64,000 nucleotides of DNA, taken from Candidatus Poseidoniaceae archaeon. GTDB taxonomy: Archaea; Thermoplasmatota; Poseidoniia; Poseidoniales; Poseidoniaceae. Both the position numbers and the translations under genes were made by a program. A model generated the notes under the pieces. That model saw nothing but the letters and a program-made list of their open reading frames with translations, searched no databases and was not told where the DNA came from. The stretch lies in assembly GCA_965662895.1 (NCBI GenBank), contig CBFIJH010000008.1, positions 27,852 through 91,851 on the forward strand, in the 5' to 3' direction. Positions within the stretch are counted from its first letter, which is position 1, and each line of letters opens with the position of its first letter. Shown here piece after piece: positions 8,885-18,413 of this stretch.

Positions 8885-10021
8885 ATGGAAATTGAGCATC
8901 GAGAAGTCATCATCGTCGGAGCCGGGCCTGCTGGGACAACCTGTGCTCAGCGATTAGCAGAAGACGATATCGATGTCTTGATTCTCGAACGAAGAGCAAT
9001 CGTTGGCAATCCTGCTCAATGCGGAGAGTGCATTCCGAATTGGGGGGAAGTTGTCGGAACCTTCCATGGCATCGATGACCATGAGTGGTTGATTGAATCC
9101 TTCAATTTCCCAGATCGAGTTCAACTCCATCGACTTGACCATATGAGAGTCTTCCTGCCGAGCGGGAAATCCTACAACTTTGACCTGGACGCCTTCGCAG
9201 GGCACCGTTTGCAATTCGATGGCTATCTTGCTGAAAAGGCAATTACTGCTGGTGCTGAAATACGAATGTCCGAACCTGTCACCAACATCAAACGAAGGAC
9301 AAAATCGGATTCCCTCCTTATCGTAACCGAAAAGAATCGTTATACATGCGATTTATTGATTGATGCAAGCGGTTCACTGGCTCATGTTGCTCGATTTCTT
9401 CAAGGAAAGGACAAGGATTTCCGGCCAGCGGACCAAGTCCCTACGGCCTACGCACAGGTTCGTGGGAATGTACCAGAAACGTTCGATGTATTCCTTGGCA
9501 GTGTTGCTCCAAAAGGCTATGCATGGATTATTCCGAAAGGCCCAGACACAGCAAATGTAGGCCTCGGAGTTCGTGCAGGAGCGCTCAAAGGTTCGATCAA
9601 AGAGCACCTCAAGACGTTCTGTGAGGACCTCGGATTCGAGATACTCTCAATCGGAGGTGGATGGATTCCAATGGGTGGACCAATCAAAACGATGGTCGAC
9701 AAGAATGTGATCGCCGTTGGAGATGCTGCAGGCTTGGTCATGCCCTCAAATGGAGGAGGTATTTCGCAAGCGATGATTTCTGGCTGCTTTGCAGCAGAAG
9801 CATATCTCGATCACAAGCGAGATGGGACGCCGTTGGAAGCTTATCAGGAACGTATCAAATCCTGCTTTGGAAGGGCGTTGAAAAACTCTCTCCGCTCGAA
9901 AAATATGGGATATCTGATGTTCCAGAACGATTTCATCACAGAGATTCTCCTGCGAATACTCGGTCCAATTGGTGGGATCAAAAGAGCGATGGAATGCGAC
10001 AAACCGCTCTGGGTATTGTAA
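8885..10021 (+). CDS. Geranylgeranyl reductase family (digeranylgeranylglycerophospholipid reductase-like)
   Basis: GAGPAG FAD motif, CGE, APKGYAWIIPKG, GDAAG..MPSNGGGI. Confidence 0.9.
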   Translation: MEIEHREVIIVGAGPAGTTCAQRLAEDDIDVLILERRAIVGNPAQCGECIPNWGEVVGTFHGIDDHEWLIESFNFPDRVQLHRLDHMRVFLPSGKSYNFDLDAFAGHRLQFDGYLAEKAITAGAEIRMSEPVTNIKRRTKSDSLLIVTEKNRYTCDLLIDASGSLAHVARFLQGKDKDFRPADQVPTAYAQVRGNVPETFDVFLGSVAPKGYAWIIPKGPDTANVGLGVRAGALKGSIKEHLKTFCEDLGFEILSIGGGWIPMGGPIKTMVDKNVIAVGDAAGLVMPSNGGGISQAMISGCFAAEAYLDHKRDGTPLEAYQERIKSCFGRALKNSLRSKNMGYLMFQNDFITEILLRILGPIGGIKRAMECDKPLWVL

Positions 10022-10090
10022 ACCATAGTTGTCTTCGGATTCCATCGGTGTGTTCAAGTCTTAGCAATGCCAGCACATTACATGGCGACA

Positions 10091-10573
10091 ATGCGCAGGG
10101 ATGACGAAGCGGTCAGCCCTGTTATCGCTACTGTCCTGCTTCTTGCCATCACCGTAATGCTCTCAGGAATGGTTTTCATTTTGATGCAAGGCGCCTTGAA
10201 TACAGCAGAAAAAGCACCGCCACAAATGACGGTGAGTGTACGTTCTCTCGACAATGGATACCATGTTGTCCGAATCACAAGTTTGGACCAAACCCTCGAC
10301 CCTGCTCGAGTCTCGTTTAGCCTTCAGGAACCGGGTGGAGATTCCAACACCTCGTTTGCGGGCTATGTCAATGACGCAGAGGTATACTCAGTGGTTGGTT
10401 CGAACATCTCGTTCCATGACCGCGATGCGAGTTACTCAATTTCAGCAGGTGATTACTTTGTCATCCATTCGGAGGAAATCGGCACGGATGAGGGCGTCTG
10501 GGACTTCGTCTTACTCGAGGAATCCATACAATACGTGCTGGTTCGAGTTGAATTGCCTCCAATGAACTCATGA
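10091..10573 (+). CDS. Archaeal type IV pilin (class III signal peptide, Pilin_N)
   Basis: MRRDDEA/VSPVIATVLLLAITV, a canonical archaeal prepilin N-terminus. Confidence 0.9.
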   Translation: MRRDDEAVSPVIATVLLLAITVMLSGMVFILMQGALNTAEKAPPQMTVSVRSLDNGYHVVRITSLDQTLDPARVSFSLQEPGGDSNTSFAGYVNDAEVYSVVGSNISFHDRDASYSISAGDYFVIHSEEIGTDEGVWDFVLLEESIQYVLVRVELPPMNS

Positions 10574-11317
10574 GTTGTCGTCAACGTCGTTGAGGGCTCG
10601 AATAAAGTTCAACTGAGCATTCTTTTCTCGAAATGCTTGCTGAATGACGGAAAACAACTCCTCTGCTGAAGTTGAACAGAGGGCCTGTTGTCGTTCTACT
10701 TGTTTGTCAAGTACCGCATTGGCGACTTGCCACAACGAAGGGACATCGTATGGAAGAAATTCTTCCTCAAGGATGAGCAACATTTGTTCGAGTTCCACTT
10801 CCTCGTTCCTGAACATGGCATTCACATCAACGATATGTTGAGCCCAATCATGAAGGAACTCGGCCCAATCTTCCGCTGGTAACTCGCCTTCCAAATCATC
10901 AAGCAATCGGATCGTGGCTCGGAGATACAACTTCCCCTCTGGTTCATGATCAATGTATTGTTCGACCAAATCATCAACGCTTGGGTAAATATCACCAAAC
11001 GGCATGGAAGGTAGTGCAGATTGAATGACATCAATGATTTCAAAACGTTGGGCGCCATTTGCAGTGAACATGATGTTCGTTCCTTGTTCTTTCATATCTT
11101 CAACGGTGCAAAGAACACCAAAAGAACCAGGTTGTGACCACCCGTCGATGACATCGGATTCTGGGTCGTGTGCGATGTACCCAAACGGACGCTCATCAAT
11201 GGTGCAATCATCGAGCATTTGTTTGTATCTTGGTTCAAAAACACGCAGAGGTTCACGCACCATTGGAAAGATTCCAGACGGTAAAACGAACAAAGGGACT
11301 GTCTGAAACTCGGCCAT
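10568..11317 (-). CDS. LON substrate-binding domain protein (stand-alone)
   Basis: VPLFVL..IFP...PLRVFEPRYKQML. Confidence 0.85.
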   Translation of the reverse strand: MAEFQTVPLFVLPSGIFPMVREPLRVFEPRYKQMLDDCTIDERPFGYIAHDPESDVIDGWSQPGSFGVLCTVEDMKEQGTNIMFTANGAQRFEIIDVIQSALPSMPFGDIYPSVDDLVEQYIDHEPEGKLYLRATIRLLDDLEGELPAEDWAEFLHDWAQHIVDVNAMFRNEEVELEQMLLILEEEFLPYDVPSLWQVANAVLDKQVERQQALCSTSAEELFSVIQQAFREKNAQLNFIRALNDVDDNS

Positions 11318-11355
11318 GTACTGAATTTGACATAGTCCTCTTCAAGGATTGTGTT

Positions 11356-12354
11356 TCAACCACCAATGTAGGACATCTCAACCTTGACTTTTCTCGTTTG
11401 TTCGGAACGCTTCTCAGAATATCGATCGGTGCGATTTTGCCAAATGGATTGAATTGCTTGCTTAATCTGGTCGCTTGATGCGTCCATACGTAGAATGCTT
11501 CGGATATCATGCCCATTGTTCGAAAAGAGGCACGTGTAAATACGCCCATTTGCGGAGAGTCTAGCCCGGGAGCAGTCGCCACAAAACGGATTCGTGATTG
11601 ATTCGATGAATCCAATCTGCCAATTCTTCGAGGTCGCGTACACTCTCGCCACATCACTCGGATGCGAAGGTTGTTGAGCAGTAAGCGGGCCGAATGCCTG
11701 AGCAAGGAGATGTCTCATTTCTGTTCCAGATACAACATGCTCAAGGTTCCAATCATTTGTTGAACCAACGTCCATATATTCGATAAATCGGACTGGGATC
11801 TTCCTTGGGCCGAATGCCTCGGCCATTGAGAGAAGTTGGTGTTCATTTTCTCCTTTTTTGACAACGGCATTGACTTTGACGGGAAGACCGATTGCTTGCA
11901 CAGCATCGATTGCCCTGAGAACATGCGACGGGGAAGCTTCTGTGTCCCCCATACGTTGGTAGGTTTCCTCGTCCAAGGCATCAATTGAAATTGTTACGCG
12001 GCTTAGTCCAGCCTCGTACAAATTTTTCAAGTGCTTTTCAAGAAGAATCCCATTCGTCGTTATTGCAATGTCCAATTCATCTGAGCGTGCTCGTAACTGG
12101 CGAATGAGCGCATCGAGGTCCTTTCGCAGAAGGGGTTCGCCTCCAGTCAAACGAACTTTACGTAAGCCGAATGGTAACAACGCTTCAACCACACGAACAA
12201 TTTCTTCAAATGTCAAAATATCCGATTTCGGAAGGAAGTCATGCTCGTCAAAATGCTCTCTTGGCATACAGTAGCGACAACGCATGTTGCAGCGATCTGT
12301 AACGGAAATTCTCAGGTCAAGTAGGGGGCGCTTGTATGCGTCGACCATGACCAT
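11356..12354 (-). CDS. moaA: GTP 3',8-cyclase MoaA
   Basis: LRISVTDRCNMRCRYCMP radical-SAM motif; FCGDC..RLSANGRIYTCLF; C-terminal MSYIGG. Confidence 0.97.
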   Translation of the reverse strand: MVMVDAYKRPLLDLRISVTDRCNMRCRYCMPREHFDEHDFLPKSDILTFEEIVRVVEALLPFGLRKVRLTGGEPLLRKDLDALIRQLRARSDELDIAITTNGILLEKHLKNLYEAGLSRVTISIDALDEETYQRMGDTEASPSHVLRAIDAVQAIGLPVKVNAVVKKGENEHQLLSMAEAFGPRKIPVRFIEYMDVGSTNDWNLEHVVSGTEMRHLLAQAFGPLTAQQPSHPSDVARVYATSKNWQIGFIESITNPFCGDCSRARLSANGRIYTCLFSNNGHDIRSILRMDASSDQIKQAIQSIWQNRTDRYSEKRSEQTRKVKVEMSYIGG

Positions 12355-12424
12355 GAATTCCCCAATGCGCCCCGGACTGTGAATGTTTGCAAGCCTTCAT
12401 CAGATATGGTCTTCTCGAGAGGAC

Positions 12425-13774
12425 ATGGGCAAGGGTTGGGTGAAACGATGGGGGCCTCGAGGCAAGGGCCACCGGCCAAGCCACATTCCTGCTCTCGAAA
12501 TAGAGCCCACATCCATAGTGGAGGCACCATGGAGGCTGCCTCCATCAAAAAGCCATCTCATTCGGATGTTGCTTCTTTGCGCCCTTAGTAAGAAGAAACA
12601 TACTTTGCAAGGAATCACAGAGATTGGTGAAGACGCAGAGAGTATGATGCGTTGTCTGTCCCAACTCGGAGTTGAATTCAACCAGGTGCAATCTGGTCTT
12701 GAAGTCACAGGAGTTGGCGTTGAAGGACTCCATCGGTCACCGAGTGTTCTCCATGCAGGAAACTCGGGTACAGCGTTACGTTTTCTCATTGCATTGACCT
12801 CTCGATTGAACTTCGTTAGCATGGTTGATGGAGATGCAAGTTTGAGGAGGAGGAATCACTCGGATTTACTGTACGCGCTTTCTCCACTGCAAGTCCAGTT
12901 TTCGTACGGTGTTGAGCAGGAACGCCTACCCATTCTCGTTCACGGTCCTTGGATTGGTAACAACATCTCTGTCAACGTCAAACACTCATCCCAACCCTAC
13001 TCGAGTTTACTTCTAGCAACATCAGGATGCTTTGAACCATCCACCATCAAAACCGAAGGAGAGGCTGTCAGTCGTCGTCATGCCGCACTTACAATCGAAC
13101 TGATGTCGGTTTGTGGCGCAGAATTGGAAATTGATGAAGAAACGACAACCATCCAGCCTTGGGTGTCAAACCCTCCAAAGAAATGGGATGTTCCTTCAGA
13201 TGGATCGATGATGGCTTTTCCGATACTTGCATGTGTTCTCAAGAAGCAATCCATTGAAATCGAAAACCCAGTTGAACACAACGATGCATTGGGCCACGAA
13301 ATCCTGCTGGATGTTCTCAAACACTTCGGAGTCGAGAAAAGTAATGCGACACTCAACTTCGTTGGCGGAGCCACTACTGTTGATATCGATCTTCGAGATG
13401 CAAACGACCTGCTACCTCCACTTGCGGCGATTCTCGCACTCTCAGGTGGCGGAAGGTTGCGTGGTGCCTCGCATGCGAAGCACAAAGAAAGCAATCGAAT
13501 TAAATCGACTGCATCAATGCTCAAAGGGTTCGGATTGCAATGCAACATTGAAGATGATGGTCTTTCTATAGAAGGAAACCAAACGCTGAAAAAACCACAA
13601 TCTCTTATCGATACCTACGGCGATCATCGCATTCAAATGACAGCAGTACTCCTTGCCTTAGAGACTGGAGGGACGGTCGAAGGTCCCCGATTGCATCGAG
13701 TAGCAGACCCTGAATTCTTACAACGGTTTTCATCCATGCCGCCCGAAGTGCTTGTCAAGGGAGTTCAGAGATAA
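12425..13774 (+). CDS. aroA: 3-phosphoshikimate 1-carboxyvinyltransferase (EPSP synthase)
   Basis: PPSKS, GNSGTALR, SSQ, KESNRI and DHRI motifs. Start codon uncertain. Confidence 0.88.
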   Translation: MGKGWVKRWGPRGKGHRPSHIPALEIEPTSIVEAPWRLPPSKSHLIRMLLLCALSKKKHTLQGITEIGEDAESMMRCLSQLGVEFNQVQSGLEVTGVGVEGLHRSPSVLHAGNSGTALRFLIALTSRLNFVSMVDGDASLRRRNHSDLLYALSPLQVQFSYGVEQERLPILVHGPWIGNNISVNVKHSSQPYSSLLLATSGCFEPSTIKTEGEAVSRRHAALTIELMSVCGAELEIDEETTTIQPWVSNPPKKWDVPSDGSMMAFPILACVLKKQSIEIENPVEHNDALGHEILLDVLKHFGVEKSNATLNFVGGATTVDIDLRDANDLLPPLAAILALSGGGRLRGASHAKHKESNRIKSTASMLKGFGLQCNIEDDGLSIEGNQTLKKPQSLIDTYGDHRIQMTAVLLALETGGTVEGPRLHRVADPEFLQRFSSMPPEVLVKGVQR

Positions 13775-15712
13775 CCGCAGTGCAGTAGGCCGACCATGAA
13801 CACATGCCCACGGGTTCGGTACATTTCTCATATCCTCAAGCAAACGGCGCATTTGTGCGATTGTGAGTCGGTCATTTGCCTTGACCGAACCGCGGCATGC
13901 GTTAAGAAATGCGAGGTGATCCTTGCGTCGTTCAATGGTTTCGAGAGGCGCTCCATCCTCAGAAATGTCTTGCAGTAAATCGAGAAGGAACGGTTCGACT
14001 TCATCCCCATCCAAAAGGCGAGGGGCTTGTTCAACATTCCATTTTCCATCGCCTTGCTTTGCGAGTACGAAGCCCAATTCTTCAAACCGGTGAAGAGAAG
14101 ACTCAAGTCGAGCCTCCTGAGCAATTGTCAATTGAACTTTTGAGGGGATTAAACGCGGTTGAGGCGTCCAAAGACGCTCATCGTTGCGCAAACGTTCGTA
14201 ACGTATTCGTTCATGGAGGGCATGTTGATCGATGAGCAACAATTCTTCCCCAGCCTGAGCGAGGATGTATGAGTCTGCAAACTGGGACAAAGGCTCCATC
14301 TTCGGAAGGTCATTTTTTATTGACGCCAAGGGAGCTTCATCGGTTGGTGAAACTGTAACCCCACATCCAGCATGACGATGCAATTCCCGCTCTGCAGATG
14401 AAAGTGCAGGGGCTACAGGGGATTTGTCCAAACCAGGTAAGGATTGTTGTGCTGAGGCTGCAACGGATTGCGGCCGTGCCTTCTCGGTTTGCTGAGGGTT
14501 TTGTTCGGCGACATCACCAACCAAATTGAGTTGTGTCCCTGCAGCAAGTGCCCATGGCGGTGCACCAGATTGTCTTGGAAGTGTAGGAGTGGCCTCTCTC
14601 GCAACAAGTAACTCTTGTATCGGCTGATTTTTTTCAGATTGCGCCAAGCCTTCCAACTCCTGAAGTTCTCCGCTTGAATCTGGTTGCGTCGGTGACGTTG
14701 CAAGTGTGTGGGCAATGGCGCGTTCGAGTCGTTCGAGGACCCTCCACGAGTGTCGCAGTCGCACCTCTCTTTTGGTCGGGTGTACATTTACATCGACTTC
14801 GTTGGCAGGAACATGCAAATGGAGGACTGCGACTGGATGCCGTCCTTGCATAAGCCGAGTTCGATACCCTCGACGAATCGCCTGATGAAATGGCGTGGAT
14901 GCCACAGGCCGATCGTTCACAAACACGTGCACTTCATCGCCTTTGCCACGGGAAATATCGGGGGCACTGATGTAACCGGTCCATTGTTCATCTCCAGGAA
15001 CTTCAGCATCCGATGCTGGTGGAATCAGTTGAAGCAGGTTCGAGGACTGACCGCCCAGAACATCATAAAGCCGATCTTCGATTGTTCCACTGGATGGAAG
15101 GTTCAATGTTGAACGTCCATCAATGGTGCATCGGAACGCAACATGTGGATGAGCAATTGCATGAGCGACGACGACCTCTACAATGCGTGCATGCTCGGTT
15201 GCTGGTCGACGTTGGAATCCCAAACGTACGGGTGTGTTTTGAAACAAATGTTCGACGGTTACAATGGTTCCATGTGCCATTCCAGCCGGTTCGACTGGCT
15301 CTTGGACTCCGTCATTCATCCGGATGCTGCGCCCCTCGCTCCCTTCTATACGAGATGCTACGGTTAATTGAGAAACAATACCGATGCTTGCAAGAGCTTC
15401 ACCACGGAATCCAAGTGTGTGAATTTCGTTCAAGTCTTCTGGTTGCTTCAATTTTGAGGTTGCATGTCGAGAGAGGGCGAGTTCGAGGTCGTGCTCATGA
15501 ATTCCAGTACCGTTGTCTTGAACCCGTATAAGATCAAAACCCCCTCGCTCAATCTCAACATGAATGGAAGTCGACTCAGCATCGAGAGCATTTTCAAGCA
15601 ATTCTTTGACGACTTGTGCTGGGCGTTCGACAACTTCACCAGCCGCAATGTGCCCTATCGTCAGGTCATCGAGTTGTTGAATTCTGTTCGGTTCACTCAA
15701 TTGACTCACCAC
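13730..15712 (-). CDS. mutL: DNA mismatch repair endonuclease MutL
   Basis: IAAGEVVERP, HATSK, GFRGEAL, DVNVHPTK, endonuclease motif DQHALHER, ACR, CVHGRP. Exact start uncertain. Confidence 0.97.
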   Translation of the reverse strand: MVSQLSEPNRIQQLDDLTIGHIAAGEVVERPAQVVKELLENALDAESTSIHVEIERGGFDLIRVQDNGTGIHEHDLELALSRHATSKLKQPEDLNEIHTLGFRGEALASIGIVSQLTVASRIEGSEGRSIRMNDGVQEPVEPAGMAHGTIVTVEHLFQNTPVRLGFQRRPATEHARIVEVVVAHAIAHPHVAFRCTIDGRSTLNLPSSGTIEDRLYDVLGGQSSNLLQLIPPASDAEVPGDEQWTGYISAPDISRGKGDEVHVFVNDRPVASTPFHQAIRRGYRTRLMQGRHPVAVLHLHVPANEVDVNVHPTKREVRLRHSWRVLERLERAIAHTLATSPTQPDSSGELQELEGLAQSEKNQPIQELLVAREATPTLPRQSGAPPWALAAGTQLNLVGDVAEQNPQQTEKARPQSVAASAQQSLPGLDKSPVAPALSSAERELHRHAGCGVTVSPTDEAPLASIKNDLPKMEPLSQFADSYILAQAGEELLLIDQHALHERIRYERLRNDERLWTPQPRLIPSKVQLTIAQEARLESSLHRFEELGFVLAKQGDGKWNVEQAPRLLDGDEVEPFLLDLLQDISEDGAPLETIERRKDHLAFLNACRGSVKANDRLTIAQMRRLLEDMRNVPNPWACVHGRPTALRLSLNSLDKHFGRHG

Positions 15713-18338
15713 CCAGTTGTTGGTGCAACCGTTCGATCAATGCAAAAGCCTCTCTCGGTGAAAGATCATCAATCTGAAGATTTGACAACGTTTGGAGAGC
15801 ATTTCGTTGGGCTTGTGAAAGAACGGGTTCCTTTGGTTCATTGGTTTGCATTGCAGCAGCAGCAAAGTATCCAAGTAGTGAAGATTGACCTTGCTCTCGA
15901 GTTGTTGGTGCTCCTTTACGTCCTGCTTTCGCACCCTGAGCCTGCTGCTCGAGGAAGGCAAGGAGGTCCGTGGCGCGTTCAACCACATTCCGAGGTAAGC
16001 CCGCCAATGCAGCGACTTGAACACCATATGAATCATCACAAGGGCCATCGGCAACGGTGTGTAAGAAACGAAGCGTTCCATCCTTTTGTGCAACTTGGAC
16101 ATGAACATTCGCAAACCCCTTGACCTCCGACTCAAGTCCAACCAATTGATGATAATGTGTTGCAAACAGGCTACGTGCTCCAATTCTATTGCAAACATCT
16201 TCGGTAACCGCCCAGGCAATCGAAAGACCATCGAAAGTAGAAGTGCCTCGTCCAATTTCATCAAGAAGAAGGAGTGACCTTGGGGTTGCTCGCCTCAAGA
16301 TGTGTGCGACTTCAATCATTTCCATCATGAACGTCGAGCGCCCACGTCTGAGATCATCACTTGCCCCAACTCGTGTAAAGATGCGATCGATCAACCCGAT
16401 TCTTGCTTTTTCTGCTGGTACAAAACAGCCTGCTTGTGCGAGAATACTGACCAATGCAACCGTTCGGAGATAAGTCGATTTTCCACCCATGTTTGGCCCT
16501 GTAATCAGAAGGAAATGCCGTTTTTCATCCATTCCAACGTCATTGGGAACGAAGCCTTGTTCGACTTCGAGAACGGGGTGCCGGGCTTGGCTCAGGATCA
16601 TTTTTCGACCATCGGTCAACGTAGGCTTTGTCCATGAGCGTTGCCGGGCGGTTGATGCAAAACATTGCAAGACATCGATAGCAGCAACCTTCGACGCAAT
16701 ATTTGCAAGAAGATTTGCGTGCCTACGAACTCGGTCACGCAATGAGGTGAACAATGCATATTCAAGGCTCTTGGATTTGCTCTCTGCAGTAAGCAAAAGA
16801 TCGTCACGTTGACGAAGTTCATCGGTCACGTAACGGTTGCCGTTGGTCATCTGTTGTTTTCGTATCCATTCGACAGGGACTTTGTCTTCATGCGTCGAAG
16901 TCACCTCTATGAACCAACCAATTTGGCGGTTCGTTCGAACCTTCAGACTCGGAATATTGAGCTTAGTTCGCAAGGTCGTTTCAAGATTCGAAAACCATCC
17001 GTGTCCTTCGTTTGAAGCTTCTCGAAAACCGTCAAGTTCTGCATCAACACCAGTTCGAATCAAGCCGCCCTCCTTCAGGCCGAGTGGTGCATCTTCCAAC
17101 AGAGTCCTATGAATGTCCTCTGCCACATCGCTCAAAGCGTCAAGATTGTCAACCAAATGGCCCAACAAACCATCCTCTGTTTCTTTGCAAAGACGTTGAA
17201 TGGCTGGAAGTCGCTCGATTGCATGTGCAGTCGCAAGCAAATCACGCGCATTGGACCGGTTGTACTTCAACTGAGTTGCAAGCCGTTCCAAATCCAACAT
17301 ACCTTTCAGACTTTCACGAAGAAGGTCCAATCGTTTTGAGGAGCGCATCAATGCCCCAACTGAGGCAGAGCGTGCTTCAATCGCATCAACATTCGAGAGT
17401 GGGCGTAATAACCACGATTTGAGGCATCGACGCCCCATAGCAGTCCTACATTTGTTCATTGCCCAGAGAAGTGAGCCTTCGTACTCTCCTGCAAGAGTTT
17501 GGGTGATTTCCAAATTTCGTAAGGTCGTTTGGTCCAGGACCATACCATCATTGTTGTCTTGAATTTCAACATCTCGAATGGCAATGGCATCGTGCCGGTG
17601 TACAGAAGCAAGATAATCCGCAGCCAGTGCGGTTGCTTTCAAGGCTTCAGGGGATGTTCCAAGGTCGATGTGACCGAGATCGTTCACTTCCAACATCGCT
17701 TTAAGTCGTTGATGCGCTCTTTTGGTTTGTATTGGATGCTGAGTAACAACCACAGAATCAAGCATACTGAGGAGATGAAGAACTTCGTCTCGCTCAGCAT
17801 CCTTGGGAGTGAGTACCAACTCACTTGGGCTCCATCGCATAATTTCATCGCACAGGGATGCCCACCTTCCATCACCCTGGAAACGCACAGCCCATGCCTG
17901 ACCCGTAGATGCATCAATCATTGCGACAGCTACATTCTCCTGATCGACCAACAGACTGCAGAGCAATGCAGATGCGTCACTACCAATCAAGGATTCCTCG
18001 TAGAGGGAACCCGGCGTGTAGATTCGAGTGACAACACGTTCGAGAATTTTCGCACCCTCTCGCAATTCTTCCTCTTGTTCAGCAACAGTCACCTTGTAGC
18101 CTGCTCGCAGCATGAGGCGCAAATTCTCCTCGAGTTGGTGCCAAGGAAAACCCGCCATCGGAATCGGTTTCTCGGCTTTTTTATCTCGAGACGTCAATGC
18201 TAATCCGAGAACGTTTGAGCCAACTTCGGCATCATCATGGAACAGTTCGTAGAAATCTCCCATTCGGAAAAAGAGGATGGTCCCAGGATTGGCTTCTTTG
18301 AGCTCATGGAATTGGTCCATCATGCTTCGTTTTGCCAT
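15693..18338 (-). CDS. mutS: DNA mismatch repair protein MutS (MutS1)
   Basis: FFRMGDFYELF, GPNMGGKSTY, STFMMEM, DEIGRGTST, SYGVQVA. Confidence 0.97.
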   Translation of the reverse strand: MAKRSMMDQFHELKEANPGTILFFRMGDFYELFHDDAEVGSNVLGLALTSRDKKAEKPIPMAGFPWHQLEENLRLMLRAGYKVTVAEQEEELREGAKILERVVTRIYTPGSLYEESLIGSDASALLCSLLVDQENVAVAMIDASTGQAWAVRFQGDGRWASLCDEIMRWSPSELVLTPKDAERDEVLHLLSMLDSVVVTQHPIQTKRAHQRLKAMLEVNDLGHIDLGTSPEALKATALAADYLASVHRHDAIAIRDVEIQDNNDGMVLDQTTLRNLEITQTLAGEYEGSLLWAMNKCRTAMGRRCLKSWLLRPLSNVDAIEARSASVGALMRSSKRLDLLRESLKGMLDLERLATQLKYNRSNARDLLATAHAIERLPAIQRLCKETEDGLLGHLVDNLDALSDVAEDIHRTLLEDAPLGLKEGGLIRTGVDAELDGFREASNEGHGWFSNLETTLRTKLNIPSLKVRTNRQIGWFIEVTSTHEDKVPVEWIRKQQMTNGNRYVTDELRQRDDLLLTAESKSKSLEYALFTSLRDRVRRHANLLANIASKVAAIDVLQCFASTARQRSWTKPTLTDGRKMILSQARHPVLEVEQGFVPNDVGMDEKRHFLLITGPNMGGKSTYLRTVALVSILAQAGCFVPAEKARIGLIDRIFTRVGASDDLRRGRSTFMMEMIEVAHILRRATPRSLLLLDEIGRGTSTFDGLSIAWAVTEDVCNRIGARSLFATHYHQLVGLESEVKGFANVHVQVAQKDGTLRFLHTVADGPCDDSYGVQVAALAGLPRNVVERATDLLAFLEQQAQGAKAGRKGAPTTREQGQSSLLGYFAAAAMQTNEPKEPVLSQAQRNALQTLSNLQIDDLSPREAFALIERLHQQLGGESIE

Positions 18339-18413
18339 TGAAACCCCAACCACGCATTATGCAGGGTCGACCCTAATGACGAGAGGTGATTAAGGTTCGG
18401 AGAAGTCGGTGTC

